From assembly GCA_050947035.1 (NCBI GenBank), contig JBMNVW010000004.1, forward strand, positions 22,433 to 86,432: a stretch of DNA of 64,000 nt, read 5' to 3'. The stretch comes from Patescibacteria group bacterium (GTDB lineage: Bacteria > Patescibacteriota > Microgenomatia > 0-14-0-10-38-17). A model generated the notes under the pieces. The model was not told the origin of the DNA. It saw only the letters and a list, made by a program, of their open reading frames with translations, and ran no database searches. Numbering within the stretch: the first letter of the stretch is position 1; each line of letters opens with the position of its first letter. Made by a program: the position numbers and the translations under genes. This document shows positions 39,495-48,154 of the stretch, one piece after another.

Positions 39495-40931
39495 TCACTG
39501 GATTTGGTTTTCTTGATATGGAACTTTGTTTTGAGGAATCTTTTCATACCACCAAACCTTAACCAGGGTGATTATTTTTTGCCAAAAATTATCTTGGTAG
39601 GAATCAAGCCTTGAGGGATTAAAAAAGCTAATCGTTGCTTCTTCTTCCAGGCCTTCCCAAGCAAGGACGGCCGTTTCCGGCCATTCTGAAGCGTAAATAT
39701 TGAAAGTAAATTGAAAAGATTGCCCTGGTTCAATTTTAACCTCTGGCGGCAGGTTAATATTATCAGCAAACCAAGATAAAGAAGGAAAGCTAAGGGCTTT
39801 TTCTCCCCAAATTGATTGACCGGTGTTTTTTAAAATGATTTTGCCCTGGTATTGGGAACTGATTGGTAAAAAAGCTGGTAGATCAAGAGAAATAATTTCC
39901 CAAGTATTAATTTGTTCTGGCCACCAGGCAGTTTTCTCTCTTTCTCTAATTGCCTGGCAATGAGGATGATCTCTCCCCTCTTGGTCAAGCCAAGAAAAAA
40001 CATCTAAGGGGGCGGCATGGTAATTTAGAACAAACGGGGTAATTGCCTGAATTTGTTGGTCGGCCAACCAAATATCAAAGGCGGCCTCGGTATATTGGGC
40101 CACTGTTTCCGGATCATAAAAATTAAAACTTTTAATTGTCAATTTTGAGTTGTTTTTTGGCCAGCCGGTTTCGGTAATAAAAATAGGTAAATCTTTACCA
40201 AGGCCAAAACTATTTTTTAAGGTAGTAATTTCCCAGCGATAGCCAATAATACTTCTTCGGCCCTGGTCGCTTGGCTTGCCAATAAAGCCGGGGTTGGGAT
40301 AAGGATGAGAACTCCATCCATCAAGCTGATTAAAAATGCCGGGGATTGTTTGGTTCATTATTTGCCAATAACGGTAAACGTCCATGGTCCCGGCTGAATT
40401 ATCGGCGGCTAAGTCAAAGCCGCCATTTAAAATTTTAAAATTTTCGTTTTTTTCTTTGAATTTTTTAATGGCATAGTCCAGAATTTGGGTATATTCGACT
40501 GGATTAATATCCTGTCCCCACTCTTTGGCATGGTTGGTTTCGTTAAAAACAATGATGTGTTGGTTTTTGGTGGGCCAATTAAGGTTATCTAAAAAATTGG
40601 CCAGCTGGTTAATATCGACTCTGGTTGGCTTTCTCCAGGCCTCATTTTCTATTTCTGTTGCTAACCTTATTAAGGGAATTAAGTGTTTTTTTCGACAATC
40701 GTCAAAAAATTTTTGCCATTTTTCCTGATCTTGATCATTAATTCGCAAAACCATTGTTACCCAACCCCAATCGCCGCCACCAGAATTAACTAGTTTAGCG
40801 GCTTGATCAACCTCGTTTGTTTCTAGAATATGAATCCCGAACTTATTAATTTCTTGAGCCCTGATTTCTCCGGGGCTGCCCAAGAATGTTAAAATAGCAA
40901 GAGCAAGAAGTATTTTTTTCATATTCTTCAA
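39495..40931 (-). CDS. secreted clan GH-A (TIM-barrel) glycoside-hydrolase-like protein with C-terminal beta-sandwich domain
   Basis: signal peptide; acid/base-like IVFNETNH and nucleophile-like IFITETGWP motifs spaced as in GH5/GH39-type enzymes. Confidence 0.5.
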   Translation of the reverse strand: MKNMKKILLALAILTFLGSPGEIRAQEINKFGIHILETNEVDQAAKLVNSGGGDWGWVTMVLRINDQDQEKWQKFFDDCRKKHLIPLIRLATEIENEAWRKPTRVDINQLANFLDNLNWPTKNQHIIVFNETNHAKEWGQDINPVEYTQILDYAIKKFKEKNENFKILNGGFDLAADNSAGTMDVYRYWQIMNQTIPGIFNQLDGWSSHPYPNPGFIGKPSDQGRRSIIGYRWEITTLKNSFGLGKDLPIFITETGWPKNNSKLTIKSFNFYDPETVAQYTEAAFDIWLADQQIQAITPFVLNYHAAPLDVFSWLDQEGRDHPHCQAIREREKTAWWPEQINTWEIISLDLPAFLPISSQYQGKIILKNTGQSIWGEKALSFPSLSWFADNINLPPEVKIEPGQSFQFTFNIYASEWPETAVLAWEGLEEEATISFFNPSRLDSYQDNFWQKIITLVKVWWYEKIPQNKVPYQENQIQ

Positions 40932-40952
40932 TTATAACAAGATCTAAAATTT

Positions 40953-42056
40953 ATGGACGAGACCAGGATTAGCGACCAAATTAAGGCGGTTAAGGAAGAA
41001 ATTAGCAATACTCCCTATCATAAAGGAACAGAACATTATATTGGCCGGCTCCGGGCCAAAATTGCCCGCTTAGAAGATCAGTTATTAGATAAAAGATTAA
41101 AAAAATCCGGTGGTGGTGGAGGCGGCGGTTATGCAGTAGCCAAGAGCGGTGATGCCACAGTGGTTTTAGTGGGCTTTCCTTCGGTAGGGAAATCGACCCT
41201 TCTTAATCAGCTGACCGAAGCCAAATCAAAGACGGCCCATTACCCTTTTACCACTCTGACAGTAGTTCCAGGAATGATGAATTATCAAGGAGCAAAAATC
41301 CAAATTTTAGATGTCCCCGGGTTAATCTCAGGAGCGGCCAGTGGTCGTGGTCGTGGCAAAGAAGTTTTGTCGGTGGTTAGGGTGGCCGATTTAATTTTAT
41401 TTTTAGTTGATAAAAAAAATCTTAAACAAGTTAATTCAATTATTAGAGAGCTAGAGTCGGCTGGTATTAGGCCAGGACAAATTTCGCCACAAGTAGTGGT
41501 TAATAAAAAAAACAAAGGCGGAATTTTAATTAAGAACCCCCACAATTTAAAAGACATAAGTTCGGAAACGGCTAAAGGAATTATTGAAGAATTAGGAATA
41601 AAAAACGCCGAAATTCTTATTAAAGACAAAAAAATAACTCAAGAGAGATTGATTGATGCTATTTTGGGAAATAGGGTTTATTTGCCTTATTTTTTAGCGG
41701 TTAACAAAATTGACAATTTAAAAAAAACTCAAATTAAAAAAATAAAAAATAATTTTCCTGAAGCCATCTTGATTAGTGCTCTAACCGGCCAAGGAATAAA
41801 AGATCTTAAACGGACTCTATTTAATAAATTGGCTCTAAAAAGAATTTATCTTAAACCTCAAGGAGGAAGGGTGGATTTTGAAGAGCCGCTAATTATGAAA
41901 GGAAAAGAAACGGTAGCCGATGTGGCCACTAAAATTGGTCAAGCCCTAGAAGGAAAGAAAAATGCTTATGTTTGGGGAAAATCAGCCAAGTTTCCTGGCC
42001 AGCTAGTCGCCAATAATCATGTTTTGCTTGACGAGGATATTATCTCTTTTCGTTAA
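40953..42056 (+). CDS. Obg-family GTPase of the Drg/Rbg type with C-terminal TGS domain
   Basis: G1 GFPSVGKST, G2 T in FTTL, G3 DVPG, G4 NKID; Gly-rich insert; TGS-like C-terminus. Confidence 0.8.
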   Translation: MDETRISDQIKAVKEEISNTPYHKGTEHYIGRLRAKIARLEDQLLDKRLKKSGGGGGGGYAVAKSGDATVVLVGFPSVGKSTLLNQLTEAKSKTAHYPFTTLTVVPGMMNYQGAKIQILDVPGLISGAASGRGRGKEVLSVVRVADLILFLVDKKNLKQVNSIIRELESAGIRPGQISPQVVVNKKNKGGILIKNPHNLKDISSETAKGIIEELGIKNAEILIKDKKITQERLIDAILGNRVYLPYFLAVNKIDNLKKTQIKKIKNNFPEAILISALTGQGIKDLKRTLFNKLALKRIYLKPQGGRVDFEEPLIMKGKETVADVATKIGQALEGKKNAYVWGKSAKFPGQLVANNHVLLDEDIISFR

Positions 42057-42066
42057 GGAAGGATTT

Positions 42067-43134
42067 TTAGCAACCGCCTTGGGCGGCTTCGGCTTCATCG
42101 CCTAAAACCACCGAGCACTCCTCGGGGGGGTTGTTAAAGGCAGAGCAAATTGCTTGCTTGAAATCTTCGGCACTGCGACTGCCCTGGTAAAGGGTATCGT
42201 TGATTAGCAGAGTTGGCGAACCAGAAACGTCGTGTTGTTCGGTTAGAGCAATCTCTTGATCTAGAAGATTGTTGAACTCTTCTTCTTCGCATTGAGAGAT
42301 TTTACTAATATCAACGCCAACGCTTCTGGCCGGTCCGGTCCAACAGGTGTCGGCGTTTTCCCAAGTGCAGTCAGCATTAACCTCTTTTAAGAAATCCCAA
42401 AATTTTTCCGGTTGATATTTGTAAACACAAAGTTCACGAACGTTTTGATTTAATTCTTGTTCACCATGAAGCGAAGAATAGCTGTCCCCTGCTTTGGAAA
42501 CAATATAGCGAGGAACAATATCGGCAACTTCACCCAAAAGGTCAACCACCGGCATCATTATTTCCTCGGCTTGGTTGCCATAAGGACAGAAACTCATTAA
42601 AAATAGTTGGGCTTGCGGTCGATCGCTTTTGGCCATTTTCTTATTTTCTGACTCTTCTTCTAGAGAAGTTTTTCCGGCTAAAACCTTACTTTTAAATTCT
42701 TGAGTATCATAACCGCTAGGAAAAACAAATTGACCGTCTTTGGTAACATAAGAGGTAAACGAGCCTTGATTAGGGATGGTAATTTCAAAACTATATATTG
42801 ACCCTAAGTCTTTGATATCGGAAATTTCAATTTCCTGGTCGGGCAAGACTTCGGTAGCAATAAAGCTCTTGGTGAAAAGCTGGGCTTCTTCAGAAGAAAG
42901 AATATTTTTATTAAAAACACTCAAAACGGCTTGAGCCGGTTTGCTATCTCCGGCTAGCATGAAGAATAAAACAGGTATCAAAAAAGTGGCAATTGGAATA
43001 AAGATATTTTTTTTATTAGCCAACAACGATAAAAAATTGATCTTTTTGACTTTTTTTGTCCAGTCTTTGATGTTTTTTTTAACGTTTTTAATAAGGGGTA
43101 AGCTTTTTTTGGGGGAAGTTTTCTTTTTGGTCAT
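42067..43134 (-). CDS. membrane-anchored thioredoxin-fold protein, DsbA-like (degenerate CPYG active site)
   Basis: N-terminal TM, FCPYG motif, DsbA-like C-terminal VSGSPTLLINDTLYQG, several extra cysteines. Confidence 0.5.
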   Translation of the reverse strand: MTKKKTSPKKSLPLIKNVKKNIKDWTKKVKKINFLSLLANKKNIFIPIATFLIPVLFFMLAGDSKPAQAVLSVFNKNILSSEEAQLFTKSFIATEVLPDQEIEISDIKDLGSIYSFEITIPNQGSFTSYVTKDGQFVFPSGYDTQEFKSKVLAGKTSLEEESENKKMAKSDRPQAQLFLMSFCPYGNQAEEIMMPVVDLLGEVADIVPRYIVSKAGDSYSSLHGEQELNQNVRELCVYKYQPEKFWDFLKEVNADCTWENADTCWTGPARSVGVDISKISQCEEEEFNNLLDQEIALTEQHDVSGSPTLLINDTLYQGSRSAEDFKQAICSAFNNPPEECSVVLGDEAEAAQGGC

Positions 43135-43185
43135 AACTTGGATAATAGTCTATCACCGATATATTAATTTGGCAATTGTTTTTTG

Positions 43186-43259
43186 GGTGGCTAACCGGAT
43201 TCGAACCGGCAACCTCTGCTTCCACAGAGCAGCGCTCTAACCATTGAGCTATAGCCACC
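43186..43259 (-). tRNA. tRNA-His (anticodon GTG) with genomically encoded G-1
   Basis: 8-bp acceptor including G-1:C73, anticodon loop CTGTGGA, T-arm GGTTCGAATCC. Confidence 0.8.
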
Positions 43260-43513
43260 AAATTAAATATAGTATCTAGTATTTAGTATTTAGTATGTAG
43301 TATATAGACTAAATAAACTAATTCAAATTTCATAACCAATTGGACTAGCGAACTTTAGTTCGCGCTAAAAAACAATCGGCGCCTAATAAATTACGCTACT
43401 CCACAACAAAACAATATGGTAATCTAGTAATTTTTATTATTTTCGGTTTTGATTATTTAAATCTTGGGGCTTGTTTGGTTATTGGAATTTGGAAATTGGA
43501 AATTTGCCTTTTG

Positions 43514-43587
43514 CGTCCCCGGTGTGATTCGAACACACGACCTACTCCTTAGAAGGGAGTTGCTCTATCCAGCTGAGCTACGGGGAC
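43514..43587 (-). tRNA. tRNA-Arg (anticodon TCT)
   Basis: acceptor GTCCCCG/CGGGGAC, anticodon stem ACTCC/GGAGT with loop CTTCTAA, T-arm GTGTGTTCGAATCACAC. Confidence 0.8.
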
Positions 43588-43718
43588 CGGCTTCTTAGTG
43601 CTTATCCAGCCTGATTTTAACAAAATTACCGGCCAAAAACAATTTAAAGATACTTGTTGTCTATTATTATAGGTCTTTTAAAAGAAGGTAATTTTTTTAT
43701 CGAAGAAGAGTTAAAAAA

Positions 43719-44756
43719 TTAGATCCTAATTATTTGATATTTTCTGGATCCTAAGCCGATCTCCTCACCCATTTTAAGAATGGGTTGATAATTAACTTCA
43801 TTAATTTCTAGGAAAAGATCTTTGCCCGCCTCTTGGTTAATCCAATCTAGGCTGGCTTGGTCGATAGCCACTGGATCAGAAGACACTAAAATTCCCAAAT
43901 CTTCCATCAGTTTTGGTCTGGTAGAAGAAAAGCAATCACAAACAGCGTTGATGTTAATTAGATAATTAACGTAAAGACTGGGTTTATCTTTTATTAAAGC
44001 ATAAGCATAAACAGCAGTCTTTTCTTGGCAAGTGGCCAAGTCTTCTCCTTTCATTTCTACCGCCCCTTGAGGACAAACGGCCACACATTCGCCGCAACCG
44101 ATACATTTCTCATAATCAATTATAATTTTGTTTTTTTTCTTACTAATTGCTCCAGTGGGGCAATTTTTAATGCAGGTGCCGCACAAAACACATTTATTCT
44201 CGTTGATTTTGCCGATAGTGCTAGCATGAAGAATTTTTTTACCTTTAGGGGTGGCTCCACCCATGCCCAAATTTTTTAAAGCCCCGCCAAAACCAAACAT
44301 AGGGTGGCCTTTGACATGAGATAAACAAAAGATACTGCCGGCTTCTCTTAGCTCTTTGCCTAAATGAATTGGTAAATTTTGATATTGGTTATTAAGCTCG
44401 GAAAGTTTAAATTCAAAATCATCCTCCTCGGCAATAATTACTGGTAGTCCCAAGTCGGCAAAACCGTGATTTTGGGCAGTTTCAAGATGGTTTTTAGTGT
44501 CGCTTCTTTGGCCGGTATAAAGAGTGTTGGTGTCGGTCAAAAAGCTTTTAGTTTTTTTGTTAATTAGCCAATCAATTACCGGCTTGATTATTTTTCCTCT
44601 TAGAGCATTCTTATTGCCTGGTTCACCAAAATGGGTTTTAACGGCCACCGGAGCGGTTAGAGTTGTTTTGATTTTTTTTAAAGTGTTGGCAATTTTGGCA
44701 GGATTTTTCTGGTATTCCGACCAGGAAAGCTGGTAAACTTGGCTTATTTTATTCAT
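43719..44756 (-). CDS. DUF362-family protein with two 4Fe-4S ferredoxin-type cluster motifs
   Basis: CVLCGTCIKNCP and CIGCGECVAVCP (2 x CxxCxxCxxxCP) embedded in DUF362-like fold. Confidence 0.7.
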   Translation of the reverse strand: MNKISQVYQLSWSEYQKNPAKIANTLKKIKTTLTAPVAVKTHFGEPGNKNALRGKIIKPVIDWLINKKTKSFLTDTNTLYTGQRSDTKNHLETAQNHGFADLGLPVIIAEEDDFEFKLSELNNQYQNLPIHLGKELREAGSIFCLSHVKGHPMFGFGGALKNLGMGGATPKGKKILHASTIGKINENKCVLCGTCIKNCPTGAISKKKNKIIIDYEKCIGCGECVAVCPQGAVEMKGEDLATCQEKTAVYAYALIKDKPSLYVNYLININAVCDCFSSTRPKLMEDLGILVSSDPVAIDQASLDWINQEAGKDLFLEINEVNYQPILKMGEEIGLGSRKYQIIRI

Positions 44757-44823
44757 CTTTAGTTTTAATAGGCGTTGTTCATTTTAAAGTAACGAACAAG
44801 AATCTGTCAAATTAGAATCAATT

Positions 44824-44862
44824 ACACCCCTGGGGTGTTAGGCATAAACACCCCAGGGGTGT
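44824..44862. promoter_or_regulatory. 39-bp inverted repeat: ACACCCCTGGGGTGT - 9 nt - ACACCCCAGGGGTGT (second arm is exact reverse complement of first)
   Basis: read directly; lies between RNHCP gene stop and DUF362 gene start on the transcribed minus strand; could be terminator/attenuator hairpin or dimeric-regulator site. Confidence 0.5.
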
Positions 44863-44863
44863 A

Positions 44864-45193
44864 TTACACCTTTAAGGTTGGAAACTGGGAGGTGGTGGAA
44901 AGTTTAACTATTAGATCAAAATTATCTTCTTTTTTAGTATCAGTGATCGTTTTTTTGCCGCATTGCTGACACTGGTGGATTATTCGCCACCTCTTTCCCT
45001 TTTTAGTGACCCCAACCGGCTTCATTGCCCCTTGACAGGTTGACTGGCGGTCCCCAGGAACGTCTTGGTCAACGTGTTTACTCCAAAGACAATGGGGGCA
45101 ATGATTAACATATCTTCCGCCGTCAACCCTCTGGCCACAATTCAAGCAAACAAACTCTTCTTTTTTGGGGACAAGAAAATTTTTTCTTTTCAT
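44864..45193 (-). CDS. RNHCP-domain cysteine-rich protein
   Basis: GRYVNHCPHCLWSKH motif plus additional CxxC pairs (CLNC, CQQC). Confidence 0.6.
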   Translation of the reverse strand: MKRKNFLVPKKEEFVCLNCGQRVDGGRYVNHCPHCLWSKHVDQDVPGDRQSTCQGAMKPVGVTKKGKRWRIIHQCQQCGKKTITDTKKEDNFDLIVKLSTTSQFPTLKV

Positions 45194-45226
45194 GTTTATA
45201 TTTTCTCACAAAAAATTAGGCATGGG

Positions 45227-45260
45227 AGATCCTGGATCTATCCAGATAGATCCAGGATCT
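45227..45260. promoter_or_regulatory. 34-bp perfect palindrome AGATCCTGGATCTATC-CA-GATAGATCCAGGATCT in the RNHCP/iscS divergent promoter region (candidate operator)
   Basis: 16-bp arms, 2-nt spacer, verified base by base. Confidence 0.55.
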
Positions 45261-45296
45261 GTAAGAGTCCCTTGGTCTGGTGGTAAAATATAGTCA

Positions 45297-46481
45297 ATGA
45301 GAAAATCGGTTTATCTTGATTATGCGGCCACTACTCCGGTTGATGAGCGGGTACTAAAAGCGATGCTCCCCTATTTTGGAGAAAAATTTGCCAATTCTGT
45401 TTCTTTACACCAACCTGGTCAGGAAGCTGCCAAGGTTGTTAGTGAGGCTCGGGAGAGATTGGCTGGCTTTTTGGGAGCCAAAGAGCAAGAAATTATTTTT
45501 ACCTCTTCAGCGACTGAAAGCAACAATTTGGCCATTAAGGGTTTAGCTTGGGCCAATTCAGGTAAAAAACATCTTCTAGTTTCTTCAATTGAGCATGATT
45601 GCGTTTTAAATAGTGCCGGCTGGCTTTCTGGCCAGGGCTATAAGGTAGAAAAAATTCCCGTTGATAAAACCGGCCTGATTGATCCTAGCCAAGTAGCTAA
45701 AATGATAAAGCCCGATACTCTTTTAGTATCGGTAATCCAGGCCAGCAATGAAGTAGGCACGATTGAGCCAATTGAAAAAATTGGCCAAATTTGTCGAAAA
45801 AAAGGTGTTTTTTTCCACACTGATGCTGCTCAAAGTTTTGGCAAACTACCGATTAACGTTAACGAAATGAATATCGACCTATTAACCGCCTCATCTCATA
45901 AAATTTATGGCCCCAAAGGGGCGGCCCTTCTTTATCTTCGGTCCGGAATTAAAATTACTCCCCTGCTCCATGGTGGCGGTCATGAGCAAGCTTTTCGCTC
46001 TTCAACTGTTAATGTGCCGGCGATTGTTGGTTTTGTCAAGGCAGCCCAAATTGCTCATCAAGAAATGGAAACAGAAAACAAAAGATTAACCACCCTTCGC
46101 GATCGGATTATTAAAACTATTCTAGAGAAAATTCCTAAATCCTACCTTAACGGTCATCCTCAAAAACGCTTGAATAATAATATTAATTTACGCTTTGCCG
46201 GAATTGAAGGCGAGGCGATTTTGATGAGACTAGATGCTAAGGGTATCGCCGTTTCCACTGGTTCGGCCTGTGCCTCGGTTGGTATCTCGGGCCAATTGGG
46301 GAATTTTGCTGATATGGCCCCATCTCATGTTTTATTGGCCCTTGGTCTAAACCACGAGCAGGCTCATGGTTCAATAAGAATTTCCTTGGGTCGATCGACT
46401 ACAGACGAAGAGGTAGATTATTTATTAAAAGTTTTCCCTGGGGTAGTGGCTGATTTGCGCCGCCTCTCCCCCCTGGGGTAA
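45297..46481 (+). CDS. iscS: cysteine desulfurase (class V aminotransferase, IscS/NifS-type)
   Basis: PLP-lysine region SSHKIYGPKG, catalytic Cys loop STGSACAS, typical length. Confidence 0.9.
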   Translation: MRKSVYLDYAATTPVDERVLKAMLPYFGEKFANSVSLHQPGQEAAKVVSEARERLAGFLGAKEQEIIFTSSATESNNLAIKGLAWANSGKKHLLVSSIEHDCVLNSAGWLSGQGYKVEKIPVDKTGLIDPSQVAKMIKPDTLLVSVIQASNEVGTIEPIEKIGQICRKKGVFFHTDAAQSFGKLPINVNEMNIDLLTASSHKIYGPKGAALLYLRSGIKITPLLHGGGHEQAFRSSTVNVPAIVGFVKAAQIAHQEMETENKRLTTLRDRIIKTILEKIPKSYLNGHPQKRLNNNINLRFAGIEGEAILMRLDAKGIAVSTGSACASVGISGQLGNFADMAPSHVLLALGLNHEQAHGSIRISLGRSTTDEEVDYLLKVFPGVVADLRRLSPLG

Positions 46482-46580
46482 AATTAACAATTCAAAGTTA
46501 AAAATATTAATAATCAAAATTTATAATAAATTTTGATTAGAAATTAAAGATTGAAAATTGGAATTAGAAATTAATGTAAG

Positions 46581-47081
46581 GTGTCTTATTCTAAACAAGT
46601 AATTAACCATTTTCAGAATCCGAAAAATTTCGGCAAAATGACCAATCCTTCGGCCATCGGCAAGGTGGGTAATCCGGTTTGCGGCGACATGATGTATCTA
46701 TATATTAAGGTGAAGAAGAACAAAGAGGGAGAAGAATTTTTATCTGATATTAAGTTTCAAACTTTTGGGTGCGTGGCCGCTCTAGCCACTAGTTCAGCCA
46801 TTACCGAGCTGGCTAAAGGCAAAACCCTAAAGGAGGCCATTAATATTAATAGCAAGCAACTGGTTGATTCTTTGGGCCAATTACCCCCGGTAAAAATTCA
46901 TTGTTCGGTTTTGGCGGCCGACGCCCTTCACGAAGCCATTTTTAATTATCTAGAAAAAACTGATCAAAACATTCCTCGGTCGCTAGTTAAAACCCATCAG
47001 CGGTTAAAAAAAGAAAGAGAGTTAATTAAAGAAAAGTTTGGCGATTGGGTAAAAGTAGAAGAAAAACAATTGGAGAAATAA
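46581..47081 (+). CDS. iscU: Fe-S cluster assembly scaffold, IscU/NifU N-domain family with C-terminal extension
   Basis: GNPVCGDMMYL, FQTFGCVAALATS, HCSVLAADAL conserved Cys/His ligand motifs; GTG start. Confidence 0.85.
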   Translation: MSYSKQVINHFQNPKNFGKMTNPSAIGKVGNPVCGDMMYLYIKVKKNKEGEEFLSDIKFQTFGCVAALATSSAITELAKGKTLKEAININSKQLVDSLGQLPPVKIHCSVLAADALHEAIFNYLEKTDQNIPRSLVKTHQRLKKERELIKEKFGDWVKVEEKQLEK

Positions 47082-47087
47082 AACACT

Positions 47088-47160
47088 TTGAGCGGCGGAC
47101 CGGATTTGCCTTGCCCGCCTTGGGCGGGAACCGGGCACCGGTGGATTACCTGTCTTCGCG
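47088..47160 (-). pseudogene. degenerate partial copy of tRNA-Gly 3' portion (21-nt exact repeat of tRNA-Gly 3' end + flank, with 20-nt GC-rich insertion in T-loop)
   Basis: TTGAGCGGCGGACCGGATTTG identical at 47088-47108 and 47202-47222. Confidence 0.45.
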
Positions 47161-47204
47161 AGTCTTATCTGTTAACTAATTTCTAGATTTGATTGGTACT
47201 TTTG

Positions 47205-47276
47205 AGCGGCGGACCGGATTTGAACCGGTGACCTTCTCCTTGGAAGGGAGACATTCTACCACTGAACTACCGCCGC
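47205..47276 (-). tRNA. tRNA-Gly (anticodon TCC)
   Basis: acceptor GCGGCGG/CCGCCGC, anticodon stem TCTCC/GGAGA loop CTTCCAA, T-arm GGTTCAAATCC. Confidence 0.8.
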
Positions 47277-47388
47277 AAAAACAACCTTACCTATTATAAC
47301 AAGAAACATAGTAAGAAAACCAAAGGCCACCCCCCTCTTTTAGGGGCCTGTTTTTTTAAACAAAGAGGGGGGGCAAACAAGGAAAATG

Positions 47389-47461
47389 TCGGGGATGTGG
47401 GACTTGAACCCACGGCCTCGCGCTCCCAAAGCGCGCGCGCTAGCCTCTGCGCCAATCCCCG
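47389..47461 (-). tRNA. tRNA-Pro (anticodon TGG)
   Basis: acceptor CGGGGAT/ATCCCCG, anticodon stem CGCGC/GCGCG loop TTTGGGA, T-arm GGTTCAAGTCC. Confidence 0.8.
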
Positions 47462-47605
47462 AAAAGACAGCTTAATTTTAGCATATTTAACTTTCTTAAC
47501 GATTTATTAAATACGGTAAAGTATTTAAATATTTATTTGGTGGGGGGGTGGCTTGCTTGTTAAGCGGATCTTTACTCCGACCCAAAATTATTTTATTATT
47601 AATTT

Positions 47606-47935
47606 ATGAGAGAAAAAGTTGTTGGTTATTTTTTGTTGGCTTTTTCCATAATAGTAATTATTGGGATTACTGTTAATGTTTACTTTGTTTTTACTGGCCG
47701 ATTATCACCGGTTAATGTTTTTAAACCTCTAACCACCTCGAGCTTGTTACCCATTCCCCCAGAAGCAGCCGTTCTAGAAAAACAAAATGGTGGCGGCAGC
47801 GATCTGAGTGTTGGTTTGAATATTTTTGCTCATTTGGCTCTGATGAGTTTTATGGCTTCGGCGGGTTTTAAAATTGGCCGATTAGGAGTAATGATGGTTC
47901 GGCCGATAAAAGTTAATCTTAATCAAGAAAAATAG
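47606..47935 (+). CDS. hypothetical small membrane protein
   Basis: 109-aa ORF with N-terminal TM segment; weak support. Confidence 0.3.
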   Translation: MREKVVGYFLLAFSIIVIIGITVNVYFVFTGRLSPVNVFKPLTTSSLLPIPPEAAVLEKQNGGGSDLSVGLNIFAHLALMSFMASAGFKIGRLGVMMVRPIKVNLNQEK

Positions 47936-48154
47936 CCAGCTTCTCTTCTTTTTTGTCTTCGGTGGATTGATATTTTATACCCTATAAGTTATAATAAGGG
48001 GCAACATTTGGGGTTTTCTATTAGCAGAAAAATATCCCAAAGCGCACTTTAATAAATTAAGAGACAGCTTAGACACTAATTCAGCTTTTCTTTATTAGAA
48101 GAAAGGCTGGTTGCTTGGTATAAGTCGGATTTTTCTTCTTGAAAGGAGAGGAAG

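Noticed and set aside
7964-42131. G7-G8 homopolymer tracts (about 7964, 9446, 20581, 26174, 42125) considered as phase-variation switches
   Set aside because: Most lie inside essential genes (pheT, pheS, ctp) where they simply encode Pro-Pro or Gly-Gly. That makes contingency-locus behaviour unlikely, though the tracts are sequencing-error-prone.
43265-43300. TAGTATT tandem repeats and other short tandem repeats considered as a CRISPR array
   Set aside because: The units are 6-8 nt with no spacers, which is far too short. No CRISPR-like repeat-spacer periodicity occurs anywhere in the window.
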